Assembly: GCA_015680685.1 (NCBI GenBank)
Contig: MNCI01000668.1
Location: forward strand, 506,231-570,230
Length of the DNA: 64,000 nt
Origin: Gnetum montanum
Lineage: Eukaryota > Plantae > Gnetophyta
Reading direction: 5' to 3'
Shown: positions 1 through 10,390 of the stretch, piece after piece
Layout of the letters: each line of letters begins with the position of its first letter
Numbering within the stretch: the stretch's first letter is position 1
Program-made: the position numbers and the translations under genes
The notes under the pieces: model-generated
Databases searched by the model: none
What the model saw: only the letters and a program-made list of their open reading frames with translations
Told to the model about the DNA's origin: nothing

Positions 1-959
1 GATATATTAGCATTATTGTTCTTTAGTTGAAAGAAATTATATGTATTTCTCAATATTTTACCTTAGGACTCTAAGAGCCACTCAACATCAACTTATCATA
101 TATCTTACAATGATAAAATTTATATAAAATATAATTAGAATGGATCAATATAAATTGGAATTTCCTATGTTCATACTGATTTATATTATCTTAAATTTAA
201 TTTTTTCTTTCTTTAGAATGAGAAGTATAGATGGAGGATGCTTATAGAGTAATATTTTATTCTCATCCAACTATTTAGTGCCATCTATACTTCAAGTAGC
301 TTTGCTTAGATAAAATATTGATCATACACATGGAAGTTATCAAGTCACAAAGAACATGACTAGATCCTACCATGCAATAGAAGCCCAAATTAGAAGAGAT
401 GTTGTTATGGAAGCAAGATATGAAAAAAGAAAGGCAAATAAGCATCTCAAGAAATGTTACTCTTAGAAAAGGAAGAGTAAGAATATCAAGCTAAAAAGCA
501 TCACTATCAATGATCTCATTCTCATCCACCTATTTTATATGATAAAGATATTGTGCAATAGAAGCTACTTCCACCATACCTAAGATACCTAGAAGATATG
601 GGATAGATCCTAGAATCAAGACAGATTCAAGGCCAAGAATCTTCAATAGAACTAGAAGAGAAGAATTAAGGGGTCATACAAGGATAATGATCTGACACCA
701 CTCTCCAAGTTTTTTATCCTCTTCATCACCCTCATCGAGGGAGCTTTACAAAGGAACTAGGATAGAACGCTTGATGAGAAGAAAAAGAGACATCACAATA
801 GATATCTAGAAAAAAGAAGAAATCATGATGAATATGAAGAATAAGTAGAAGGAAAAGATAGAGAAAGAAGGCATAGGAGAAGAAATGAAGAGGAGCATCA
901 AATTCAAAGATCATGATAAACTCATATTGGTTACAAGAAGCATGATCAATATCAGTGAG

Positions 960-1720
960 CCCATGTATGTTCCACCAAGACATTAAAGGGATAGTTACAT
1001 TAAGTGACTAGATATGAATAATAGTCTCAAATGTCAAGGATATAATGTTGATTCACAACACTACATTTAATCTTCCATGATTTCTATGCACTACAAAATA
1101 TTAAGATTATGTGACAAAAAATTTAAGTTATTTTTAAAAATACTTATTGATAAAGTAAAAAGCTAGCACAAATCACTTAATCTAGAATCCATTCATAGAT
1201 GGACCATAATGTTAGAACTATTTAATGATAAGTACTAGACTTATTCAAGAGAATCACATTTGAGAAAATAAATACAAGGATGGAAAAAAGGGACACATGA
1301 ATCTCTTGATGTAGATATGGAAAGATATGATTCATTCATGCATAGATGCCAATTGCATGGTTTTTCTTAAAGGTAATAGCTTCAACACATCATTGATGGG
1401 TTAAGAATAAAAACAAGAGAGATTATTGGAGTCTATGCATAAGAAAGATTATCATAAATGCAATCTAGTTAGATCCAAATATTATTGGATCAAGTGGCTA
1501 AAGAAGAAAAAGAGTTCATAAAATGAAAGTTTGTGAAAAAATATAACAAGGACCCTTCTCTTTGAAAGAAAGATATAAAAGGATGTGAGACACAAGAGAA
1601 GGAATCTAGGGAAGATGTTGTTTAAGGAAAGACCTTACCAATACAAAAATATGTTATTAATCTTATAAAAAAGGTTGATAAAATGTAGCAGTTCACAGAT
1701 AAAAAGTTTGTAACTATATT
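960..1720 (+). pseudogene. gag: Retrotransposon gag (capsid) remnant, Athila-like
   Basis: Manual translation gives the QG..E.L....ERY......C..HGF motif with in-frame stops. Homologous to 50560-51100 and 63420-63950. Confidence 0.8.
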
Positions 1721-2882
1721 AAAGATAGTAGAAGAAAAGACAAAACAAACATTAACAAAAGGGAATGATAGAATGAAAAAAAGAAAACTAGATGTGAAAA
1801 GTATAAGTATAAAGGAAAGGCTACTATTGTAAAAGAGGTCATTGATTCTAGCTTAGAAGATGAAAATGTGTATGAGTTATGTTAGATGTTTTCCAATCAT
1901 GATCAACTTATAGGAACCAGAGGCATACACATTGAATCCAAAGTTTATTAGAAAGTAGATGCCTAAGAGGTCACCTTATCCACGACTAACACATATCGTA
2001 TTATCCTAATGGGGCTCATACTTGACCTTAAGATCAATATCATAATTAGTGGAAAAATTCACAATCATAGGTGATGCCACTACCTAGGCAATAATACCCT
2101 TACATGTAATAAAATACTTATGACTATTATGTCTAGAAACATGTATCTCTAGAAAATGCTTTAGCTCGTACTTCTCATTATTAATATCTAGTAGAATATC
2201 ATAGACCTACAACTTTAATAATTAAATTATTATCTTACATTTCATATAAATGTATATAAAAACCACAACAATTTCTTATTCCACTTCTTCTAGTATCATA
2301 ATCTATGCAAGGAGAGATTCCAACTTAACTATAGTAAAACAATGTAACAAGGATTGTTAGTACATAAGTAGAGGATACTACTAGTAACTATGAATCAAGA
2401 TCGAAGGAGTGTTCTTGCTTTAGGATTAGTATAGAAAGAGCTAGGACTAGTATTTCATTCAATCCAATTCCTCTAATACCAAATCCTTCTACAAATATCA
2501 TGCTTCAACATAAATTAAACTAGAATCTTACTACTATCATGCTTACTCAAACGTACATGACTAGATTAAAGAATGTGTGCTTTCCAAGAAGTGAATAGAC
2601 CTCAAAAGTTAATTAATATACCTTTAGATAGTAGGGAATTCATCATGTAAAGCTCTTCTAAACTCAGGATTAGGCATAAATCTTAACTCTTAAGACATGT
2701 ATAAATCCTAGAATCTACCACTATTGAAAAATTCTAATATTAGATTAGAGCTTGGAGATTAGTTTATCAACATTACACTTGGACAAGTAGAAGATATTGT
2801 AACCATTATTAGTAATTTATCCTACCCAAAATATGTCTTAGTGATCCATGTTAGGTAGAATAATAAGAATTTCCTATTATCA

Positions 2883-3831
2883 TGAGATAGAGTAGGTTCA
2901 CTCCAATAATTAATCACCTTCACATACTAAATCTAGATATTATGAAAAGAAAATTAATTTGCTAGAAAATATGAAAACTACCTAACTTAAATTATTCAAT
3001 TAGAGGATTTCAACATGGTTTCCAAAAATCACAAAAAATCAAAACCTCTTAAAATACTCAAATGATACTATAGAGCATGATGCTCTATAATCACACAATG
3101 GATATTCTTAATGAAAGACACAACTAATGAAAAATCTCTTCTACAACTTGGAACTAAGATTCAAATTAGAGATGTAAATAAGAGACAAGAACATATAGCC
3201 CAATCCACATACATTGATCCTAGTGCTACAACCACGCCTACACTCACTTGATGTGCTCTATCATACTCTTGGAAAGATCTCCTAAACTCAAGAGCTCTCA
3301 TCAAGATTTCTTTCTCACTCTCTATCTATCAATATACAAGCATGAAACACCAACAAATTTATTTTATAAAAAAAGATAAAAACTTAGGAAAATCTTTCTC
3401 AATATTAACTTGGAGATCCTTTGATATTTTCCATCTTTTCCTATCTTCTTTTTCTATTTTCCAAATTTGAAAGACCAATTCTGGAAGTTTCCCAGCCATA
3501 GGGGTCATCTTTGGCCTTCTTGAGTTGTCTTCGAAAGAACACAACTTTCAAGAAAGAAATTTATCATTTTTGAAAAATGTCTCTTGCATGGATGAGATGT
3601 CTTCTTTGCCTCAAGATATCTTTCCTAATATGTCTCCTCTCATGGTAAGACATCTCATTTGAGAAGTCTCAATTCTACTAAGATGTCTCCTCTAAATTCA
3701 AGACATCTCCTACATAGTTTTAGCTCCTAGACAAGATGTATCCTTGATCTCCAAGATGTCTCCACAGAGCCAAAAACCTACAAAACAAACATGTAAGGAA
3801 GAACAAGAGGATTGAAAGGGGTGTTACTACA
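2883..3831 (-). mobile_element. Solo LTR of the CRM-like family, inserted in the Athila A protease
   Basis: The minus strand begins TGTAGTAACACCCC. Similar along its length to the LTRs at 9290-10390 and 35136-36010. Host coding frame resumes at about 3832. TSD is degraded. Confidence 0.8.
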
Positions 3832-4672
3832 TCCTAGAAAGACCATGGCTTAGCATGATTAATGCTAAGATTGGGATCATAAACTTATTCCTAGAAATTT
3901 TCAAAAAAGATGAAAAGGAAGCTATACAAAGACAAAGAGTTCCATGAACCACATACATAATTCAAGGTACAACTACATGCATAAAGTATAGATAGTATAA
4001 AAAAACATTTTAGCATTTAATATGTATATAGAAGACGTGTGCACAATGTTGTCTATATGTTATAGCCAAAATATAAAAAGACATCCAGTGGCTAATAATT
4101 GAGAATGAGTGTAAGTCTAACATATGCATGACATTAGTAGAATAAATCGCAAGTACCTATATTAAAAAAATAAATGAGATGAAGTAACTAAAAAAGAAAC
4201 ATTTCTAATTAGAGTATTAAGAAGAAGAAGAAATAAAATGGGAAAAGTTAGATATTTGAAATAAATTAGAACCATAGCCCATAGAACTCAAAACATTACC
4301 AAAAATACTAGAGTAGGTATTTATGAACAATTGAAAATTAGTAATTATTAATACCAATATTATTAAGGAATAACAATAGAAACTACTTAAGATAGTCAAT
4401 AGATGACCAAAAATATTTGCATGGTCATAATATGACATTACAAGAATTAATATATGCATTTGTTAACATTACATTTACATAGACCCTATTGTTAAGCCAT
4501 GCCATCAACCTCAAAAATGACTAAATCTTGAACTCAAATAAGTCATAAAGCAAGAACTTAAGAAGCTAGTCAAAGTAGGATTCATCTATGCAATTGTGAT
4601 TAGTCAACAAGTCATTCCATTTATTATTATCCTAAGGAAAAGAAAAAAATGGAGAATTTATATTGATTTCAT

Positions 4673-5865
4673 ATTGGCCGAGTTATTCGCCTGACAGAGG
4701 CTGCCTTGGCCAACTACCTGGGGATCCCAACAGTTGGGGAGATCATCTTGCCAACCTCCCATGGCCTCCATAACTCGGCGGTCTTTTTCCAGGGCCTTTC
4801 CCTGAGAACGCAGAGCCGTCAGGTCCCTCGGACTTCCCTCCCGCGTCTTTGGGCTCATGCGGCCGTCTTAGTTGAACGCTTCTTTGTGCAGTCAGGAAAC
4901 GTCTCCAAGCTCCAGGGGCTGCATTTCACCTTCCTACGGTGCTTGCAGGAGGGCACCTGGGTTAACCTACCGCGCTTCTTCCTCAAGGCCCTCCGCCTCC
5001 AGCGGCGAGGTCGCCGGTCGAGGCTTATCTTGGCCCTGTGGAGGGGGGCGGGGGAGCAGGGGGCACCGGGCCCGTCCTCTGCCCCCGCTAGGGGGCGTCG
5101 CTTTTCCCCTCCCCCTGCTTCCCCTCCTGCTTCCCCCCCTTCCTCTACTCCTCGGCGGCTGGCTACCCTCCATCTTTCCTGGGGCCGCCGCTCCCGCCGC
5201 AACCCTGCTCTCTCGCCCGCCCCCCCAGCGCCCCCCCACACTGGGAGGCGCAGCTTCGGGGGGCGGTTGCTGCTGCCAGGGAGGCCGAACAATGGTCGTC
5301 AGAGACTCAATGGGCTGAGGCCCTGGCCAAGTGGCAGGCCGACCACGAAACCCAGCTCCAGGAGCAGGCGCAGCAGCTGAATAGGCAGCATACGCTTGCG
5401 ATGGAGACCCTGCGTGCCCAGCTCACGGATGAGCTCCGGGACCGGATCAGGGTGGAGCTTCGGCAGGAGGAGGCAGACCGGCAGGCCTGGGAGGCGGCGG
5501 CCTGGGAGGAGCAGGAGTGTCTGCAGGAGGAGGAGCTGCAATGGCAGCGGCAGCTCGACCGGGCACATCAGCACAGCGCCCGCCAGTGGCTGAGGGGGGG
5601 GGGGCGCTGCCCGTATACCGTCCTTGGTATTAGCTGTGAGAGCTCCTGGGGGGAGCTCAGAAGGCATATCCGGCGCACGTCCGCTAGACTCCACCCAGAT
5701 GCGGGGGATTCGTCGTCGAACCGGCGCAGGCGCGAGGCTCTTCTGCAGGGGTTCCAGTAGGCCGTGAACTTCGTCGACACGGAGGATCATCGGGCCACCC
5801 TGGACATGCTCCATGAGTTGGAGTTACCTCGGTGTGCCTGCCACCAGTTGCCGACTCACCCCTAG
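4673..5865 (+). pseudogene. Fusion ORF: Transposase_32/env-like accessory domain + Pro-rich linker + coiled coil + DnaJ (J) domain; one frameshift and one in-frame stop
   Basis: The 4706 frame reads GRVIRLTEAALANYLGIP...FLRCLQEGTWVNLPRFFLKAL...SRLILALWRGAG. The 5401 frame is open from 5092 and reads HWEAQLRGAVAAAREAEQW...coiled coil...CPYTVLGISCESSWGELRRHIRRTSARLHPD (HPD 5692-5700)...REALLQGFQ*(5758-5760)AVNFVDTEDHRATLDML...stop at 5863-5865. Confidence 0.75.
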
Positions 5866-6122
5866 CCCTTCCCCTCTCTCCCTTGTTCCCGCCCCTTCCT
5901 GGTTGGGTTCGTCGTGGGTGGGGGGTCTTTTGAATGACTGTACGGCTTTGAGGTTTTCGGCCGCCATGTGGGGGTCGGCATGACTTTTGTGGGGGCCTGG
6001 GGCTCCCCCCACCACCCCCCTTTCGGGGTGGGCTACCCCCCCCCCTCGCTTGTACTTGTACTTGTATAGTCGTGTACCTTTCTTTAAGTAATACATTCCC
6101 GAACATTCTCTCTCAAAAAAAA
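4675..6122 (+). mobile_element. GC-rich, 5'-truncated, poly(A)-terminated retroposed insert (LINE 3' end or LINE-mobilised retrocopy)
   Basis: Abrupt switch to high GC with abundant CpG. It starts mid-ORF, has a 3' UTR with TGTAC repeats, AATACA at 6090-6095 and A8 at 6115-6122. Host RT reads WRIYIDF on the left and FKDHF on the right; ATAT occurs at both junctions (4671-4674, 6122-6125). Confidence 0.85.
6090..6122 (+). terminator. Polyadenylation-like signal (AATACA) and short poly(A) tail
   Basis: AATACA lies about 20 nt upstream of an A8 run that abuts the resumed host RT sequence. Confidence 0.6.
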
Positions 6123-7151
6123 TATCACATCTTTAAGGATCATTTTAACTATTATTTGTTAATTAATTTTTATATACTATTACAAGACATTAATACTATG
6201 GATTTTTGAATGATTAAAGTGAATACATTCAAATTTGAATAGCACTAGAAGATTAAGAAAAAATCACATTCAGTAGTTTGTGGAAAACATTTAACTATTA
6301 ATGATCCTATTTAATCTTTGTAATGCTCCTACCACATTTCAACAACTTATCCTTAGTATATTTTAAAAATAGATTGGTAATAAAGTTAAGATGTTAATGT
6401 ATGATTTTTCTACCTATGGCCCTAACTTTGAGTAAGCTTTGGACCTCCTAGAGAAATTATTGAAGAGATGCATTGAAACAAATTTGAAGCTCAACTAACA
6501 AGAAAACAATACCATTTGATGGTCCAAGAGGGTATAGTTCTAGGGCACAAGATTTTACAAAAGGAAATTAAGGTAAATAAATAAATAAATAACAATCATT
6601 CAAAGTATCATCCAAAGATATAAATTATTAAGGATATTAGATATTTCCTTGGTCATACTAAGTTCTATCAAAGATTTGTTGAAAATTTCTCAAAAATTAT
6701 AAAATCATTAGTCAAACTAACCAAGAAAGATATGTAATTTCTTTGGTGAGAAGTATGTGAAAAGGCATTTGAGATTCTTTAGCAAAAATTAGTAGAGACT
6801 TGTATAACTTTTTTACATTATGATGGATGTTTCAAACTATGTATTGGAGGTTGTACTAATTGTGAGGACAATGCCAACATTAAATATGCAACATATACCA
6901 AAGTAAGAAGATAATAACATTAACATGTACCTATTCAAGATACATATAAGAGAAATCCTATAAATAATGGGATATGTATGAGAGATAATAAGGAAGAATA
7001 CCTAAAATCAAGTGATTAGTCAAAACATAATTTGAAAATATTGTTATAAAATCTATGGATAAAGATGATATAATGCTTATAGAAAAACGATGCTTCATTG
7101 CTTACCTTGGTTTGGTTGGGTATGTAAAACAACTCCTTATTTTATGGTTTT

Positions 7152-8270
7152 CTCTGATACCATTTGTAACATCCCATCCTTTGATATCATGGAAAACATC
7201 AAATACACGTTATATTATACATTATGTGTAAGAATAAAATATACCAAACATCAAATATATGTAACATTTGACATTATGTGTGAAGGAAATAATATAGAAA
7301 GTGTACAAAGAGAAAGAAAAGAATGGTTTATTGATATGGAATAGTATATTCAAATCGTGCTCTGAGAGTGTTCCTTGGGATTTTCTTCTTTGACATCTAT
7401 CCCTTAGAGGAAATCCAGAACTACCACCATGGGTAGGCATATAATCCAAACAGAAAGAATGGCTAGTCCACTTCCTATCCTACTTCACTCAGTTCTTGTG
7501 ACTTTCCTATACTGGCTCCACCACTCCATGCTTGGCACAACTTCTAAGCCTACGTATAAATGCCTTAGGTCAAACCCCCGAAGGTCACCTTGAGAGACAT
7601 GTCTATTATTATAATGCATCCTTTTAGGTCTCATTTACAACTATCCTTTTGAGTCTTGTTATAATAATCATAACACTTGTTATGAAGAGACACCATCTTC
7701 ATTATGCAACAACATCATTTGGGAATGGGGACATGACAGTTTTGACACTACACAAACACTCAATCCCACAAGATTCTGAGAAGCTTGATTACAATGTCTT
7801 CTCATAATAAGCACATCAATCCTAATAGGGCAACAAGAAAGAAAAAACACAAGGAAAGAGTGTAACTTATATTATAGGTCTTTATACTTTGAAGCATAGT
7901 TCTATAATCAAACAAATGAAGTACATTAGTGCAATAACATAAAATAGATAATGATGGCTTTGGTATTAGCAATGCTTGTCAAATACCCAAGAGATTAAAG
8001 TCTTATTATAGCCTTGGAGTTTTCAAATACACCTTAGAATTCATACAATGACTATTTAATGGCTAGTGTAAATGTCTCCTTCAACATTGGGACATTTCCT
8101 AGAAAACAACTTCGACTTTGGGAAGACGTCTCCTTCTTGGATGGGATGTCTCTGAGGAGATGTCTCTAGGGAGATGTCTTCTTTTGAAAGGAGATGTCTC
8201 TTATTTTAGAGAGAAGTCTTCCTATGTAGGACTTCTTCTTAGCCAAGACTTCTTTTGTTCCTTATAGATG
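7152..8270 (-). mobile_element. LTR fragment with tRNA-Met primer-binding site (separate family, internal part deleted)
   Basis: CTCTGATACCA (reverse complement of the PBS TGGTATCAGAG) at 7152-7162 sits next to the LTR end TGTAACATCCC at 7165. GAGAYRTCTC array at 8090-8270. Confidence 0.6.
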
Positions 8271-10390
8271 TCTTTTCTACATTTGAGCTCTAGTTCCTGA
8301 GGTTTTCTCTTGCTGATTTAGCTTCCTCTTGATTCTTGGAGCATCTTCAATTATCTTGTATTCTTCATACTCATCCATGATCTCATCATACTCAAGTAGT
8401 ATCTATTTTTACATCTCTTCTTATATCTCATTTCTTGAGTTTTCATTCATGCCTTGCAAAAATATCACATTTCACAACATTCTATGTTCTCCATTTTCAT
8501 TAAGATTTTGACATATCAAAATTTCAAAACCTTGCCTTAGGAATTTTAACTTCATAATGGTTTCTTATCTCTAATGATACTGTTCAAATTTTCTCTTCAA
8601 CATGTATTTCATCAAATCCCAATCTCTAATAGGTTGATCATTTCATCTTTCATAACCCTGAGACTCTTATTTCCACCAAGTAGAAGCCATACCTTCTAAT
8701 ATGGATTCAATAATAAATACCCTCAAGTTATTTGATAACTCTTCTAACTAAAAATACTTCTCAAGTGTCTTTAACCAACTTGTAAAAACATTGTTGCCAT
8801 CTACATCATTGAAAGTCTTCAACTCTACATACAAAAGTATTGAAGCATTTTTTAATGCTCTCACAAGCCTTGTCTCATCTTCATCATCAAGCTTGCCTGA
8901 ATAAGTATTGAATACTACTAGAGTCCTTTGAGATTTCATTTAAGGAATAATATTCCCTCCCATTGGAATCCTTGGCTAATGGTTTCCTACAACCCCATAA
9001 CTAAATTATCCTTCCTCTTCATCTACTCCATCTCCACCTACTTGTGAAACATTTTCATCTAAATGTACATGCTCTTCACCTCCATGGGTCAGAATATGGC
9101 TACAACCAGCATCTCTATCCACCTTTCTACTAATTTCATGTAACCGAGAAACCATCATCTAGAAGGCAGACTTCATACTCTCCATGCCTTGATTCAGATC
9201 TTGCACCTATTTCTTCTTAGATACTATCTAAAATTAACAAAATCCTAAACCAAAATCCAAATAATAATAAAACTAGGCTTTGATACCAATAACACTAGAG
9301 TAGGTTCACTCCATAATTAAATCATCTTCAATGCAATAAATCTAGATATTATGCAAAGATAAAAAAATTGTCTAGAAAATAAGAAACCTAGCTATCTTTA
9401 ATTAATTTATTAGAAGATTACAATAAGATTTACAAAACCCATGACATCCAAAACTTGTCATATTTAAATGATATTACAAATCATGGGGTACTACAACCCC
9501 AAAATATCTATTCTCAATGTAAGACATAGTAAATAGAAATCTCTTTCGTAACCCATCACTAAGATCTCATCTCACAAGAGAGATACAAGAGAAAAGAACA
9601 TATAGATCAACACATCACAAGATGATCTTAGAGATGCAATCCCTAATTACATTCATCCAATGTGCTCACTCACACTCTGTTGCTTAGCTCTCTACTCTCA
9701 AGAGCATTTTTTCTCTCACTCATTCTCATCAACAATGATGAATACATCAATATTTATGTCCAAATCAAAAGATAAGAACCCTAGAAACCTTTCCTCAACT
9801 CACCTTGAAGTTTTCTAGATGTTTCCCAAGTCTTCTCATCTTCTCTGTAGCTATTTCCATCTTTTTTCATTGCATTCTAGTTTTTTTCAAAATTGGGACT
9901 GACATTTTCAAAATTTTTCCCATCCATTTGGGTTATCTCTGTCTTTGTTGGGACATCTCTTGTGAAAACCCAGCACTTGATTAGAACATCTTCTATTTTA
10001 CTTGGACATCCCATTTGATCCTGAAGCATCCCAAATTCTGGAGGGACATCTCATCCAATATGTCATATGAATAGTTGGGATGTCTCAATTGGAACATCCC
10101 AATTTTTGGTGACACATCCCACCTACTAGGACCAAATACAAAAATGCTTATTTTGATGTCTGGAATCTTTGAATGCCTCCAAATAGGTCCACATAGATCC
10201 TAGAACCCCTTAGAATCATCCAAATGATCCCAAAACATGCCAAAGCATCTAGGAATCATCAGCAACATAAATCAACAATAAGAAGACACACACCAATAGG
10301 ACACATTCATCTAGATCTTCTTCAACTCCAAAACTTGCAAAAACAACTTGTAGGACAAAGCACAAGGAAATCAAGAGAGGTATTCCTATA
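8270..10390 (-). mobile_element. CRM-like chromovirus 5' fragment (5' LTR 9290-10390, PBS, gag remnant)
   Basis: PBS GCTTTGATACCA at about 9277-9288. ORF 8748-8939 is homologous to gag at 58313-58504. Zinc-knuckle remnant near 8270-8295. Confidence 0.8.

Noticed and set aside
5401-5760. Standalone intact 119-aa host DnaJ gene
   Set aside because: The frame is open well upstream of the ATG, the J-domain continues past the TAG, and the unit lies inside a retrotransposon RT with a poly(A) end.
5220-5765. Programmed frameshift and stop readthrough as real recoding
   Set aside because: A homopolymer indel and a CAG/GAG-to-TAG change are simpler explanations. Reconsider only if all copies share both lesions.
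4855-6106. Overlapping antisense and alternative-frame ORFs in the GC-rich insert (4855-5292, 4872-5318, 5299-5814, 5684-6106 and others)
   Set aside because: Expected from stop-codon scarcity at high GC. They are low-complexity and lack motifs, whereas the sense frames carry recognisable domains.
4675-6122. Bacterial contamination or chimeric assembly
   Set aside because: Host RT motifs continue colinearly on both sides and the insert ends in a poly(A)-like tail. Read-level confirmation is still advisable.
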